A stretch of 64,000 nucleotides of DNA from Haloarculaceae archaeon (GCA_007122455.1 SKTU01000009.1:2744-66743), one strand, 5' to 3'; positions 1 through 11,262 are shown, numbered from the stretch's first letter. Numbers and translations: made by a program. Notes: a model not told the origin generated them from the sequence alone.

Positions 1-227
1 ATCTCGAAGGAGCGGTCGTACTCCTCCGCCAGCGACGAGAGCTCGTCGGCGAGATCCTCCCGCCGTTCCTCGAAGGAGCGCACGCGCCGGTCGATGTTTC
101 GGGTTTTGGGTGCGAGCTCGTCGCTCGTCAGTCCGATGGTTACGTCCCCCAGTTCGAACGCTCGCTCGAACAGCGCGCGGTGTCCGTCGTGGACTGGATC
201 GAACGTCCCGCCCAACACGACATTCAT
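1..227 (-). CDS. coaD: phosphopantetheine adenylyltransferase (3' part outside window)
   Basis: Not in the ORF track. Read manually from ATG at 227: [36 protein letters not shown]; GGTFD..HxGH nucleotidyltransferase motif typical of archaeal PPAT. Confidence 0.9.
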   Translation of the reverse strand, partial: MNVVLGGTFDPVHDGHRALFERAFELGDVTIGLTSDELAPKTRNIDRRVRSFEERREDLADELSSLAEEYDRSFE

Positions 228-268
228 GGAGGCGGAAACGCGGCCCCCTCGTTTAGTGGCTTCGGTGG

Positions 269-775
269 TCACTCGCCCGGATCCCCCGGTTCGTCGTCGG
301 CGTCCCTGACGGTGATGCGCACCGGTTCCTCCTCGTCGATCGAACAGACCCCGAGGTGGGAGTCGAGGTTGAACACCGTGTTGAGCTCCTCCTGAATCTC
401 GTCGACGCACTCGCCGACGAGTTCGCTGGGCGCCATGGCCGTGTACTCGTAGGGGTTGTTTCCCGCCCCGCTCGCCGTGCGCTTGCCGCGCTGGACCTTC
501 CCCTCCTCGTGGAGCGCGGCCAGTGCTTCGCGGACGGTACTCGGGTACAGCCCGGTCCCTTCGGCGATCTCGTCGCTCGTGCTGTTCGGGTTCTGTCGGA
601 GATAGACGTAGATACGCGCCCGCGTTTCCGTGTCGAGGATCCACGCCAGGAGCTCGACGATTCCCTCGTCGAACTGCTCGGCGGCCCGTTCGGCTTCGTG
701 TTCGAGCTTCTCGCGAACGGAGTCGTCAAGCTCCTCCGACTCGTCTGCGTCATCCGAGGTTTTGTCCGTAGACAT
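269..775 (-). CDS. winged-helix (TrmB/ArsR-like) transcriptional regulator
   Basis: Acidic 168 aa; wHTH segment [30 protein letters not shown]. Confidence 0.8.
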   Translation of the reverse strand: MSTDKTSDDADESEELDDSVREKLEHEAERAAEQFDEGIVELLAWILDTETRARIYVYLRQNPNSTSDEIAEGTGLYPSTVREALAALHEEGKVQRGKRTASGAGNNPYEYTAMAPSELVGECVDEIQEELNTVFNLDSHLGVCSIDEEEPVRITVRDADDEPGDPGE

Positions 776-829
776 ACGTCGTATTTACCGAGAACAGGGA
801 ATAGCTGTACATAAATGTCTTGGCACAGG

Positions 830-1906
830 TCAGTCGACCGACAGGGCCGAACAGAGTGCATCGGCGCCTTCCGTTTCGAGGAGGCGTCGCTGTCGCTCCG
901 CGCCGCTCTCGGCGTCGTAGACGGCTCCGATCCCGGAGATCCCGAGTCGGGAGCACTCCCGGTCGACGAGTTCGTCGAGGCCGACTTCCTCGTCCCATTC
1001 CGGCGTCAGCAGCGAGACGTCGTGGCCCCGTCGGATCGCTCGCCACTTGTTTTCGTCCAGTAGCTCCCGCCGATGGTCTGTGCCCGCCTCCCCGTCGTCG
1101 TAGCGACTACTCAGGTCTTCGACGAGCGCATCGGTATACTCGACGAACGCCATCACGCGTTCGGGATCCGCCTGGGCGTCGGGGGTTCGCACCTCGACCG
1201 TGCCGTGTTCGGAGTGGGGTCGAACGTCGAACCACAGTTCGCCGCGGTCGTTTATCGATCCGTTTTCGATCATCGTCCGTTCGAACCGCTGGAACGCCTC
1301 GAAATCCTCGAACGCCGTCGGGACGCCGGTGTTGGGAAGTCCTTCGAAGATCTTCGCACGTGCGGACTGGAGTCCGGTGTCGTACCCGTTCCAGTACGGT
1401 GAGTTCGCCGACAGCGCGAGGATGATCGGGAGATACCAGCGGAGTTCGTTGGCGATCCAGACGGCCTTGTCGGCGTCGTCGACGCCGACGTGGACGTGAA
1501 GCCCGGCGGTCGTGTTCCGGTGCTGTGGGTACTGAATCCGCTCCAGTTGGGAGCGGTATCGGGGTTTCTCGGCGTGTTCCAGTTCGCGCCACCTCGCTAC
1601 CGGATGGAGTCCGGCAGCGGCAACGCCGTAGCCGTGTTCGCGAGCGTGTTCGACCAGTGCGGATCTGACTTCGTCGAGAACTCCACGAGCGTCGGAGAGC
1701 GAATCGATCGTCGGTGTCTGGGTCTCGAGGACGCATTTGAACAGTTCGTGATCGAGTCGATCGACCAGTATCTCCGGTGGATCGGAACCGTACACCAGTT
1801 CGTCGGTGCCCGCGGTCGGTCGCCCTTGATCGTCCACGACGAAAAACTCCTCTTCGATCCCGAGTGTCCCGTTTCGGTCGAAGGCGTCACGCGAGCCCAG
1901 ATCCAT
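830..1906 (-). CDS. gshA: glutamate--cysteine ligase (GCS2/YbdK family)
   Basis: [30 protein letters not shown] and TVEVR motifs; start trimmed to ATG 1906 (MDLGSRD). Confidence 0.9.
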   Translation of the reverse strand: MDLGSRDAFDRNGTLGIEEEFFVVDDQGRPTAGTDELVYGSDPPEILVDRLDHELFKCVLETQTPTIDSLSDARGVLDEVRSALVEHAREHGYGVAAAGLHPVARWRELEHAEKPRYRSQLERIQYPQHRNTTAGLHVHVGVDDADKAVWIANELRWYLPIILALSANSPYWNGYDTGLQSARAKIFEGLPNTGVPTAFEDFEAFQRFERTMIENGSINDRGELWFDVRPHSEHGTVEVRTPDAQADPERVMAFVEYTDALVEDLSSRYDDGEAGTDHRRELLDENKWRAIRRGHDVSLLTPEWDEEVGLDELVDRECSRLGISGIGAVYDAESGAERQRRLLETEGADALCSALSVD

Positions 1907-2011
1907 TGACGGGTGTTCTGCGCCGGCCACTATATAAGGTACGGCATCGGCGGTTTGGGCCGCACAGTCGCGGATCGATAACGGTTTCAGCTGCCAGCAA
2001 GCCCTCTCAGT

Positions 2012-2695
2012 ATGAGGGTTCACTCGGACATCCGGCTCGGCGTGCGGGACGCGCTTCCGTTTCTCCTCGGCGTCGTCCCGTTCGCGCTCGTCACCGGCAT
2101 CGCGTCCGTCGATGCCGGACTGACGCCGGTACAGGCGGTCGCCATGTCGGTCATCGTCTACGCTGGGGCCGCCCAGCTCGCGGCGATCGATCTGCTGGGC
2201 AGTACGGCTCCACTCGCTGTCGTCGTTGGCACGGCGATCATCATCAACCTCCGTATGATGATGTACTCGGCGTCGATCGCGCCGTATCTGATCGATCTCC
2301 CGCGTCGCACCCGTACGGGGATGGCCTACTTCCTAACTGATCAGGTGTACGCGATGTCGATCGCCGAGTTCTCCCGCAACGAGGAGCGCGATCGGGTCAG
2401 ATACTTCGTCGCTCTCGGTGCAACGCTGTGGATCGTCTGGGTGGTCTGTACGGCTATCGGCGTCGTCGTCGGGGCGGGCGTCCCGCCCGAGCTGGAGCTC
2501 TCCTTCGCGGTGCCGCTCATCTTCCTCGCGCTGCTCGTTCCGGCGATGAAGGATCGTCCGACGACCGTTGCCGGCGGCGCCGCGGGAGCCGTCGCAGTAA
2601 TGGCAGCGGGCGTGCCGTTCAACCTCGGGCTCCTGATCGGGGCGCTCACCGGCGTCGCGGTCGGTCTCGCCGTCGAGATAGGTGAGAACGTATGA
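2012..2695 (+). CDS. azlC: AzlC-family branched-chain amino acid exporter permease
   Basis: [15 protein letters not shown] and FLTDQ motifs; hydrophobic. Confidence 0.88.
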   Translation: MRVHSDIRLGVRDALPFLLGVVPFALVTGIASVDAGLTPVQAVAMSVIVYAGAAQLAAIDLLGSTAPLAVVVGTAIIINLRMMMYSASIAPYLIDLPRRTRTGMAYFLTDQVYAMSIAEFSRNEERDRVRYFVALGATLWIVWVVCTAIGVVVGAGVPPELELSFAVPLIFLALLVPAMKDRPTTVAGGAAGAVAVMAAGVPFNLGLLIGALTGVAVGLAVEIGENV

Positions 2696-3036
2696 CTACC
2701 GGCTACGGCTCCGTCTCAATCTGGGCAGTCATCCTCGTCGTCGGCATCGCGACGTATGCCATTCGGCTCTCCTTCATCTACCTGTTCGGGCGTATCGACG
2801 GTGTCCCGCCGATGCTCGAGCGCGCGCTCCGGTTCGTTCCGCCCGCGGTACTCGCCGCACTCGTCCTGCCGGATCTGCTCACGATTCGGCCGTCATTCCT
2901 CGGGACGCTGCTCGACGAACGGCTGCTCGCGGGCGCCGTCGCCGGCGTCGTCGCCTGGCGAACCGAGAACGTACTCGCGACGATCGCCGTCGGAATGACC
3001 GTACTGTGGCTGCTTCGTTTCGTCGTGCTCGCCTGA
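2692..3036 (+). CDS. azlD: AzlD-family protein
   Basis: TYAIR and LRFVPPAVLAAL motifs; ATGA overlap with azlC. Confidence 0.88.
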   Translation: MTTGYGSVSIWAVILVVGIATYAIRLSFIYLFGRIDGVPPMLERALRFVPPAVLAALVLPDLLTIRPSFLGTLLDERLLAGAVAGVVAWRTENVLATIAVGMTVLWLLRFVVLA

Positions 3037-3053
3037 CTACCGTTCCGTCGCCG

Positions 3054-4385
3054 TCACTCCCTCCCTTGGCCGTCGAATCGGCCGGTCGCGTGGAGGGCGA
3101 GGAGGGTGGCCGTCGCGAAGCCGAGTACCGCTGCGAACACCACTGCTGCGCTGCTCATCCCCGCTCCGAGTATTCCCGCCTCGCGAACTGCGACGAACTC
3201 GTCGCGGACGAACTCGCCGGCGATGACGCTGGCGACGGCGAAGAGCACGACGCCCCCGGCGTTGAGCGCGGTGCTCGGTGACGCCTCGACGCCGGTGCTG
3301 TTGAGCAGGACCACGACGATCGCGATCGCGAACGGGGTTCCGACGAGACCGAAGGCGAGTACGAGCACGAGCAGCGGGAAGAACGCTCCCTCGATGAACG
3401 CACCGCCGGCGCTGACCAGCGCGACACCGGCGACGAGTGCCCGATAGCGCGCGTCGCTCACGTCGGTTTCCCAACCGAGCTTGTCCGCGAGGAGGTACGG
3501 TGGGACGATCGTGTTCCCGCCGAGCGTCGACACCGCGGCGCCGAGTAACCCCGCGAAGAACAGCGCCTGGGCGTGCGGTCCGGCGATCGGCCCGAGCGAT
3601 TCGGCGGCACTGACCGCGTCGAGCGGCCCCTCGATTCCGGCGAGCACGCCGGCTGCGACGAAGAAGATCGCAACGCTGTACAGCCCGAAGGCGACCACCA
3701 TCGACGAGTAGATGTCGAACCGGGCGACGTCGCTGTCAGCGTCCGTCCAGCCGCGTGCACGGACCGTGTACGTCTGCATCGTGACGATCGTCACGTGAAC
3801 GGCACCGCCGAGGACCCCGGCAACGACGACTGCGGCACCGACACCACCGGGTAGCTGTGGAACGAGCCCGCCAGCGGCGCCCGCGACGTCGATCGGGACG
3901 ACGAACAGCGAGGCGATAAAGACGAGGACGACCGCCGAAACGACGATCTTGGCGCCGATCTCGGCGAACCGGTAACCGCCGCCTGCGAGACCGACGGCGA
4001 GGACGATCGCCCACGCGATCCCCCAGAGCCGCGCGTCGACTCCAGTCAGCAGAGAGCTCACGTCCGCGAGCGTCTTCATGATGACGAGCTGGGCCAACCC
4101 GGCGGCGAGAAAGACGTCCACGACGAGGAGCCACGCCCACAGCTCACCGAGCTGTTCCTCGACGGTCGCGACGATCCCCTGTTCGGTGCCGAGCGCGAGC
4201 TTCGTCGCCAGATACTGTGCGAGCGCGCCGAGCAGTGCCGAGAGCACGACGACCCACAGGAGCGAGTAGCCGAAGCCGGCACCCGCCGCGAGCAAGCTAC
4301 CCATCGTCGCCGGCCCGGCAGCGATCGCACCGGCGAGCCACGTCGGGCCGAGCCGAGAGACGAACTCCCGGACGTTTCGAACCAT
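3054..4385 (-). CDS. NRAMP-related divalent cation/solute transporter
   Basis: About 11 TM segments; LGP..AAGPAT..GAGFGYSLLW N-terminus typical of NRAMP-like proteins; canonical DPGN absent. Confidence 0.75.
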   Translation of the reverse strand: MVRNVREFVSRLGPTWLAGAIAAGPATMGSLLAAGAGFGYSLLWVVVLSALLGALAQYLATKLALGTEQGIVATVEEQLGELWAWLLVVDVFLAAGLAQLVIMKTLADVSSLLTGVDARLWGIAWAIVLAVGLAGGGYRFAEIGAKIVVSAVVLVFIASLFVVPIDVAGAAGGLVPQLPGGVGAAVVVAGVLGGAVHVTIVTMQTYTVRARGWTDADSDVARFDIYSSMVVAFGLYSVAIFFVAAGVLAGIEGPLDAVSAAESLGPIAGPHAQALFFAGLLGAAVSTLGGNTIVPPYLLADKLGWETDVSDARYRALVAGVALVSAGGAFIEGAFFPLLVLVLAFGLVGTPFAIAIVVVLLNSTGVEASPSTALNAGGVVLFAVASVIAGEFVRDEFVAVREAGILGAGMSSAAVVFAAVLGFATATLLALHATGRFDGQGRE

Positions 4386-4443
4386 ACCGCCGGAGACGAC
4401 CCCCCTCTAATAAACCCTTACCACTCGGTCGTACGACGGACGA

Positions 4444-5070
4444 TTATTTCGGTGTCGCGACGATCCCGAGATGGTCGTCGTGGAATGGCTCGAGCCGTTC
4501 GGTGGCGAGGATCTCGTAGCCGTCCTCCAGCGTCGACAGCGCGTCCTCGAACACGTCGTTCGGATCCCGGGTGACGTCCTCGCTTCGCGCCTTGATCGCG
4601 AGGAGGAGCCTGCCTCCCTCTCGGAGGAACCGGCGGTTCGTCAGCGCGACGTCGGCCTGTCCGCGCGTCGCGACGTCCTGAACGATCGCGTCGACCGGTT
4701 CGACGACGTGTGCGTACGTTTCCGGCGCGCGGGCGTCCTTCAACAGCGGAACGAGGTTTTCGCGGGACTCCGCCACGTCGAGGAGATCCCGGACTGGACG
4801 CGCGGCGAACTCGACGGCGTAGGTCGGACCGGCGAAATCTGCGACGTGGCTGACCGTCGTCCCCGCAGCCGCGCCGAGATACAGTACCGTCTCACCGCCC
4901 GAGAGTCCCGTTTCCATCTCCCGTTCCAGCATCGCGCCGAGCTTCGAGCGGTGGGGATCCCAGCGCCGCCATCCGTCGGTGGTCCCCTCTCCGTACGTCG
5001 GCTCGCCTTGCGTCGCGAGCGCCTCCCGGTCGCTGAACCGCTGGCGCTCGACGCCGGAGGGAAGCGTCAT
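4444..5070 (-). CDS. flpA: fibrillarin-like rRNA/tRNA 2'-O-methyltransferase
   Basis: WDPHRSKLGA, VLYLGAAAGTTVSHVAD and YAVEF motifs. Confidence 0.95.
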   Translation of the reverse strand: MTLPSGVERQRFSDREALATQGEPTYGEGTTDGWRRWDPHRSKLGAMLEREMETGLSGGETVLYLGAAAGTTVSHVADFAGPTYAVEFAARPVRDLLDVAESRENLVPLLKDARAPETYAHVVEPVDAIVQDVATRGQADVALTNRRFLREGGRLLLAIKARSEDVTRDPNDVFEDALSTLEDGYEILATERLEPFHDDHLGIVATPK

Positions 5071-5906
5071 TCGGAATCACGCGCTCGAATGCGCTCGATC
5101 CGTCGGGCCAGTTGTTCGTCGAGTTCCGGTTTCCGCTCCCCCGAGTAGTGGTCCACGCGGGCGGCGATCGCGAGCTTGCCGGCCAGCGCCCGTGCCGCCG
5201 ATCCGCGATTCGCCGGCGGCGTCCCGTTGACCGCTTCGTGGGTGAAGATGACGCCGTGTTTCGGTGACGGCGCCCGACCGCGGAGATGCGCGAACAGCGC
5301 CTCCTCGGCGCCGAGAACCTGGACCGTTCCGGCGGGTTTCTTCGCTAGCGACTCGAGCCCGCCGGCGAGCGCGATCAACCGAGCTGCGAGTACCGGGCCG
5401 GCCAGCGCCGAGAGGTTCGGTGCCACGTCGGGAGTCGCCCGCTCGACGTGAGCCCGGAGGGACGCCCGCTCGTCGTCGAGATCACGAACCCGTCGAGCGA
5501 GCGAGACGAGGGGATCGTCGTCGTCTCGTTCGGCCAGCTCCCGGGCGTATTCGATGCCGGTGTCGGCGTCTTCGATCCGGCTTCCTGCCCACTCGGCGAC
5601 GCGCTCGGCGAGTTCGTTCGCGACGCGAGCGCTGTCGTCCATCGCTCTGACCGCGTGGATCAGCTGCTGGTCGTCGGCGCCCTCTCGTTCCCGAACTTCC
5701 CGCCGCGCCGCGTAGATCGCCGCCTCGTGGAGTCGGTCGTAATACTCCGCCTCCGACGCGACGTACCCGGATTCGACGGCGAGCCGCGGCCACTCTCGTG
5801 GCCGTTCGGCACGCCCCTCGACTATCGCGTCACCGGCGGCTTCGACGTCCCCCGGATCCACGTCAGAAAACCAGCCCGCTTCCGCGGCGTCGGTTCCGTC
5901 GGTCAT
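5067..5906 (-). CDS. nop5: Nop5 (Nop56/58) box C/D RNP protein
   Basis: APNLSALAGP, TVQVLGAEEALF, PKHGVIF and GKLAIAARVD motifs; coupled to flpA; start trimmed to ATG 5906. Confidence 0.93.
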   Translation of the reverse strand: MTDGTDAAEAGWFSDVDPGDVEAAGDAIVEGRAERPREWPRLAVESGYVASEAEYYDRLHEAAIYAARREVREREGADDQQLIHAVRAMDDSARVANELAERVAEWAGSRIEDADTGIEYARELAERDDDDPLVSLARRVRDLDDERASLRAHVERATPDVAPNLSALAGPVLAARLIALAGGLESLAKKPAGTVQVLGAEEALFAHLRGRAPSPKHGVIFTHEAVNGTPPANRGSAARALAGKLAIAARVDHYSGERKPELDEQLARRIERIRARDSE

Positions 5907-6031
5907 CGTCCTCCCGTAGTCGGCCGCCTCGTATATGCGTTCCCGAACGAGGGCGCCGAAGCGGAGCGCACGGGGAGTCAGTCGGTGAGGCATTCGCCAT
6001 CGTTTATACGATCCCGCCACGTGATGGACCA

Positions 6032-6733
6032 ATGACTCCTGGGAACGACGGCTCAGAGGACAGCCACCGCGAGTTCGAGCTTCGAGACGTCTTCGCGCAG
6101 TTGGACGAACTGGAGGAGACGGTCACGAGTTCTCGAGAGCGACGGGAAGTACAGCGAACGAGGCGGATGCTCGAGCGGCTCCCCGGCGGTGAACGCATCC
6201 GGAAGTACACCTCCCGGGATGTCGCCGAGGGGTTCATCGGCGGAATCATCTTTTCGCTCCCGCTGCTCGTCGAGGACGGCGTCTTCGAGATCGCCGAGTG
6301 GTTCGTCGAGTTCACTCTCGGTCCAGTGCCGATACTGCTCGCAATCAACGTTTTCTTCGTCGTCGGGTTGGTTGCGGGTCTGCTCTACTACACAGACATC
6401 CGCGACGTACAGATCAGACTCCTCTTCGGGTTCGTCCCGAAGCGACTGACCGGGGTGTTGACGATATCGATCCTGGTCGCTGCCGGGACGATGCTCGTGT
6501 GGGGCCGACTCCACGCGGATGACCCCACCACTCTCGAGCAGTTCAGTCGTATAACGGTCATCTGGGCGGCCGCTGCATTGGGTGCCACGCTCGGGGACAT
6601 CCTCCCCGGCGAGAGCAGCGGCGACGACCTCGCCAAGGTGATTGCCGACCTCGGCGACGGAGGCGGGGACAATCACGGAGTCGACGACACTTCTGCGGAG
6701 AATACCGACGTGGGGATCGAGGACTCGAACTGA
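6032..6733 (+). CDS. integral membrane protein (DUF2391-like)
   Basis: Acidic N-terminus plus 4 TM segments; RDVAEGFIG..PLLVEDGVF; start trimmed to ATG 6032. Confidence 0.65.
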   Translation: MTPGNDGSEDSHREFELRDVFAQLDELEETVTSSRERREVQRTRRMLERLPGGERIRKYTSRDVAEGFIGGIIFSLPLLVEDGVFEIAEWFVEFTLGPVPILLAINVFFVVGLVAGLLYYTDIRDVQIRLLFGFVPKRLTGVLTISILVAAGTMLVWGRLHADDPTTLEQFSRITVIWAAAALGATLGDILPGESSGDDLAKVIADLGDGGGDNHGVDDTSAENTDVGIEDSN

Positions 6734-6826
6734 TCGTTCACTCTGTTCGTCAGAAAGGGAGAACGGTCTGATCACATCGACCGTTCAGGGACCTGCTCGG
6801 GGAAGGGGCTCTCGGAGAGGTTTTGC

Positions 6827-7825
6827 TCACCCTGTCGACGACTGTGGCTGCTCGTGTTCGGCGAGTATCTCGACGATTTCGATCAGGAGCGAGACCACGA
6901 GCGGACCGACGATGATCCCGATTGCGCCGACGGTGAGGATGCCGCCGACGAAACCGACGAAGTAGAGTCCCGCCGATATCTCCCCCGCTCGGTCGGCGAG
7001 TTGGGTTCTGATCACTGCGTCCGGAACGAGCGAGACGAAAAGGAGTCCGAGAACCAACACGGTGAGAGCCCGAAACGTAGCACCGACCAGGAGATCGCTC
7101 GCTGCCAGCGCCACGATGAGAACGCTCGGCCCGACGACCGGGATGAACTGGAGGACGCCCGCAATAACGGCCAGTAAGAATGGAGAGCCGTATCCCAGAA
7201 TCGAAAACAGCAGGAGTGCGAGTAGAAACGTCGCCACTGCCGTCGTCGCCTGCAGAACGTAAATCGAGTACAGCGTCGTGCGGGTTCGGAGGTGCAAACG
7301 CATCGGGATGTCGTGGTACTCCGGCGGAACCACTCTGAACGCGGCGGTCCTGACGGCAGTCGGTCGGTAGAGCATCCCGTAGACCAGAAACGTGAACACG
7401 GCGAGTGCGAGCACGAGTCTCGGCGCTGCAGCGGCGACCGCGATCGCCAGTTGCCGGATGCTCACCTGTGCAGCGTCGACCAGCGGTGCCGTCTCCACGA
7501 CCAACTCGAAACCACCTGCGGTGATCGGAACCGTTTCGGGAAATCGCCCGAGAATCTCGAACAGCTGAATCCGTCGTCGATAGAGGACGTACAGTACCGG
7601 CGCCACGAGGAGAACGACGACGAGGAACGCGACGGCTGTCGCAGTCGCACTCGCGACCCGACGGGACAGCCCTCGTCTCACGAGTTGCTGGCGGAACGGA
7701 TACAGCACGTACGCGACAGTGATCGCGAAAACCACGGTCTGGAGCACTTCCGCCAGCACGACTGCGGTAAGTACAGCGAATGCGACGAGCAACACTCCGA
7801 GGATTCGGCGGCGATCGAAAACCAT
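6827..7825 (-). CDS. AI-2E family transporter
   Basis: AYVLYP, LQFIPVVG and GIIVGP motifs; multi-TM. Confidence 0.85.
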   Translation of the reverse strand: MVFDRRRILGVLLVAFAVLTAVVLAEVLQTVVFAITVAYVLYPFRQQLVRRGLSRRVASATATAVAFLVVVLLVAPVLYVLYRRRIQLFEILGRFPETVPITAGGFELVVETAPLVDAAQVSIRQLAIAVAAAAPRLVLALAVFTFLVYGMLYRPTAVRTAAFRVVPPEYHDIPMRLHLRTRTTLYSIYVLQATTAVATFLLALLLFSILGYGSPFLLAVIAGVLQFIPVVGPSVLIVALAASDLLVGATFRALTVLVLGLLFVSLVPDAVIRTQLADRAGEISAGLYFVGFVGGILTVGAIGIIVGPLVVSLLIEIVEILAEHEQPQSSTG

Positions 7826-8055
7826 GTCATCGTGTAGCAATGGTTGAACAAAATCGTTCCGATGGCGCCCAGTCGGTCATGTCGAGAGCGTTCCGGCGTC
7901 TCGAACTCGACCGATAGAGCGAGAAGGTTCTCGAGGAGAGCGGTGTCGTCGACAGTCAGTAGCTCATTCGACGGCCACGCGGTCGACGATCGTGGGCCGA
8001 ACGGCCGTCCTGCCCCCACCCTTTTGCCGTCGCCCCGAGATTGTACGGCGGAGAG

Positions 8056-10095
8056 ATGGAGACACTGCCGACGTCGTTGCCGTTCGAGGATCCGATTTTG
8101 GTGTTCGCGCTGGCAGTGGTCTGCTTTCTCGTCGCGCCGATCCTCATGGAGCGATACCGGTTGCCGGGAATCGTCGGTATCATCCTCGTCGGCGCCCTCA
8201 TCGGGCCGAACGCGCTCGGTCTCCTCGACCGCGGCGAGACCATCGTCCTCCTCGGCAACGTCGGCGTCGTCTATCTGATGTTTCTCGCCGGACTCGAGAT
8301 CGACCTCGCGGAGTTTCGGAACAACCGCGCCCAGAGCGTCGGCTTCGGACTTCTCTCGTTTCTCGTACCACAGGTCAGCGGCACCGTCGTCGGCGTCTAT
8401 CTCCTCGGGTTCTCGTGGCTCACGGCACTGCTCTTCGCCTCCGTATTCGCGTCACACACGCTGCTCGCCTACCCCGTAGTCAGTCGACTCGGGATCGGTG
8501 ACAACCGCGCGGTCACAGCGACGATCGGCGGTACCATCTTCACCGATACGCTGGCGCTTTTGGTGCTCGCCGTCGTCGCCGCGGCGGCCGTCGGCGACGT
8601 GACCGTCGGGCTCTGGCTGCAACTCGTCGCCGGGCTCGTGCTCTTTTTCGGCGGGACGTGGTTCCTCGTCCCCCGCGTCGGTCGGTGGTTCTTCCGGACC
8701 GTTCACGAGGAGAGCTACTTCGAGTACCTGTTCGTCATCGCAGTCGCGTTCGTCGCCGCCTACGCCGCCGAGATCGCTGGGTTCGAGGCCATCATCGGTG
8801 CGTTCGTCGCCGGGCTCGCGATCAACCCGCTCGTTCCACGCCACGGCGTTCTGATGAACCGCGTCGAGTTCGTCGGGAACGCCCTTCTGATCCCGTTTTT
8901 CCTGCTGTCGGTCGGGATGCTCGTCGATTTCCGTATCGTGTTCGGTACACCGGCTACGCTGATCCTCACCGGCGTACTCGTGGCGATGACCGTCGCGACG
9001 AAACTGGGCGCCGCAGCGACCGCCGGCTGGCTCTACGGCTACACCACCGACGAGGTCGGCAGCGTCTTCGGACTCTCCGTGGGACAGGCGGCAGCGGCCC
9101 TCGCCGTGACGCTCGTCGGATTCGAGATCGGTCTCTTCGACGACGCCCTCGTCAACGCCGTCGTCCTCATGATTCTCGTCATCAGCGTCCTCGCCCCGAC
9201 CGTCACGGATCGATACGGCCGCAATATTGCGCTGGCCGAAGAGCAGCCCTACGAACTAACCGACACGCCCCAGCGGATACTGCTACCCTTCTCACAGGAT
9301 TCGAAATACCACGAGGAACTGCTCGACGTCGCGATGCTCCTCCGGAAGCCGGACTCTACGGAGCCGATCTACACTCTCACGGTCGTCCGCCCCGGATCGG
9401 GCGATCGGACGGACGCCGCCGTCGCGAACGCCGAGCAGAACCTCGACAGATCGGCAGCATACGCCGCCGGGGCGGAGGTACCTATCGACTCCCAGACTCG
9501 CGTCACCGGCAACGTCGCCAGCGGTATCGTCCGCGCCGCGACGGAAAATCGGGCCTCGACGGTCCTCATCGGCTGGGACGGCGCCGACTCGCGGACACAG
9601 AGTACGTTCGGCAGAACCATCGATCGCGTTCTCCGACAAACCAGCCAACAGGTCGTCGTCACGCGCGTCCACAGCCCCCTCAACGTCACTGAGCGCGTCG
9701 CTGTCCTCCTCCCGCCGGAGATCGACCACAACGACGGCTTTTACGAAGCGGTGCGTTCGGTCAAGATCCTCGCAAACGGCCTCGGGGCGGACCTTCACGC
9801 CTACGCCGTCGGTGGCGACCCCGAACACTACCGGACGCTGCTGAACCGCGTCTCCCCGGACGTGTCGGTCTTCGTTCACGGCGTCGACGGGTGGAGTGAC
9901 GTCTACGAACTGCTGGAGGGGATCGCGGCGGACGAGTTCGTCGTCGCGATGAGCGCCCGACGCGGCCGTCTCGGCTGGCACGCCGAACTCCAGACGCTTC
10001 CCAAACGGATCGCGACCACCACGCCGGGGAACTTCGCCGTCGTCTATCTGCGCGCCGAACGAACCGGAGACGAGCGACGGTTCCTGGAGCTGTAG
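8056..10095 (+). CDS. cation:proton antiporter (CPA2) with C-terminal USP-like domains
   Basis: LPGIVGIILVGALIGP, FLAGLE and GAFVAGL; soluble tail beginning RILLP; start ATG 8056 or TTG 8041. Confidence 0.88.
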   Translation: METLPTSLPFEDPILVFALAVVCFLVAPILMERYRLPGIVGIILVGALIGPNALGLLDRGETIVLLGNVGVVYLMFLAGLEIDLAEFRNNRAQSVGFGLLSFLVPQVSGTVVGVYLLGFSWLTALLFASVFASHTLLAYPVVSRLGIGDNRAVTATIGGTIFTDTLALLVLAVVAAAAVGDVTVGLWLQLVAGLVLFFGGTWFLVPRVGRWFFRTVHEESYFEYLFVIAVAFVAAYAAEIAGFEAIIGAFVAGLAINPLVPRHGVLMNRVEFVGNALLIPFFLLSVGMLVDFRIVFGTPATLILTGVLVAMTVATKLGAAATAGWLYGYTTDEVGSVFGLSVGQAAAALAVTLVGFEIGLFDDALVNAVVLMILVISVLAPTVTDRYGRNIALAEEQPYELTDTPQRILLPFSQDSKYHEELLDVAMLLRKPDSTEPIYTLTVVRPGSGDRTDAAVANAEQNLDRSAAYAAGAEVPIDSQTRVTGNVASGIVRAATENRASTVLIGWDGADSRTQSTFGRTIDRVLRQTSQQVVVTRVHSPLNVTERVAVLLPPEIDHNDGFYEAVRSVKILANGLGADLHAYAVGGDPEHYRTLLNRVSPDVSVFVHGVDGWSDVYELLEGIAADEFVVAMSARRGRLGWHAELQTLPKRIATTTPGNFAVVYLRAERTGDERRFLEL

Positions 10096-10197
10096 CTGCG
10101 CCGTCGTGCTTTCACTCAAAACGAGCCCTTCGAACCAGAGAGCGCCGCCTACGCTGTCCAACGGAGCGCTTTTTGGTCCGCTTCGTGAGGTGTCACT

Positions 10198-11262
10198 ATG
10201 GATCGTTTACCGTCAGAACCGGAGCCGTTCCGGTACGACACGGAGGTCGAGCCGGGGGAACGGCGACAGATCAGGTGCGAAATCGGGGAGAGCTACCTCG
10301 GCGATCCGGTCGAGATCCCGATCACGATCATCAACGGGAAACACCCCGGGAAGACGGTGTTTTTCAGTGCGGCGATCCACGGTGACGAACTCAACGGAGT
10401 CAAGGTCGTCCAGGAGATCGCCGATCGGTACTCACCGGGAGAGATCCACGGAACGATCGTCTGCCTACACGTCTGTAACGTCCCCGCCTACGAGGCACAG
10501 CAGCGCTACACTCCGATATACGACCAGGACATGAACCGGTCGTTTCCGGGACGGGCGCGCTCCAATACCACCGAGCGCATGGCGAATCAGATCTACCGCC
10601 GATTCGTCGCCCCGTGCGATCTCGGCGTCGATTTCCACACGTCGACTCGCAACCGAACGACGATCTACCACGCCCGCGCCGACCTAACGAACCCAGCAGT
10701 GGAGCGACTGGCGCGGGCGTTCGCGACGAACGTCGTGCTGTACGGAGAGGGTGACGAAGGCTCACTACGTTCGGTGGCGACCGCTGACGGAACGACGACC
10801 GTCACGATCGAGATGGGTCGAGCCCATCGGTTTCAGCCGGTTCTCATCGAGAAAGCTCTGGAAGGAGTCGAAAGCGTACTCGCGGAGTACGAGCTGCTGC
10901 CGGGGGAGCCGGTCCACTGGCCGGGGTGGTACAAGACGACCGCCGCGGACAGCACGAAGCGGTGGCTCCGAGCGGATATCGGCGGCCTCGTCGAGATGGA
11001 GTGGGGTCCGTATCCCCTCGTTCACGAGGGCGAGGCGATCTGTACGATATCGGATCACTTCAAGACCGAGGAGCACACGGTCACGGCCCCGTTCGACGGG
11101 CTCATCGTTGGATCGCTCGAGAACCCCGTCGCTGCGCCGGGGCATCCCCTCTGTCATCTCGTTCGGTTGGACGAGGGAACGCTGGCGGAGATAGAACAGG
11201 AGATCGCTGCCGGCGACTTCGACGGCTACCGTGCCCACGGCGACGCCTGGGTCGACGACTGA
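10198..11262 (+). CDS. succinylglutamate desuccinylase/aspartoacylase-family (M14-like) protein
   Basis: HGDELNG, DMNRSFPG, DFHT and TIEMG motifs. Confidence 0.88.
   Translation: MDRLPSEPEPFRYDTEVEPGERRQIRCEIGESYLGDPVEIPITIINGKHPGKTVFFSAAIHGDELNGVKVVQEIADRYSPGEIHGTIVCLHVCNVPAYEAQQRYTPIYDQDMNRSFPGRARSNTTERMANQIYRRFVAPCDLGVDFHTSTRNRTTIYHARADLTNPAVERLARAFATNVVLYGEGDEGSLRSVATADGTTTVTIEMGRAHRFQPVLIEKALEGVESVLAEYELLPGEPVHWPGWYKTTAADSTKRWLRADIGGLVEMEWGPYPLVHEGEAICTISDHFKTEEHTVTAPFDGLIVGSLENPVAAPGHPLCHLVRLDEGTLAEIEQEIAAGDFDGYRAHGDAWVDD

Noticed and set aside
4444-5906. Short Nop5 as possible truncation
   Set aside because: A compact Nop5 coupled to fibrillarin is the normal haloarchaeal form, and the Nop domain is intact.
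7850-7970. Coding-like acidic stretch (NELLTVDDTALLENLL) on the minus strand
   Set aside because: No convincing start or family motif; at most a remnant.
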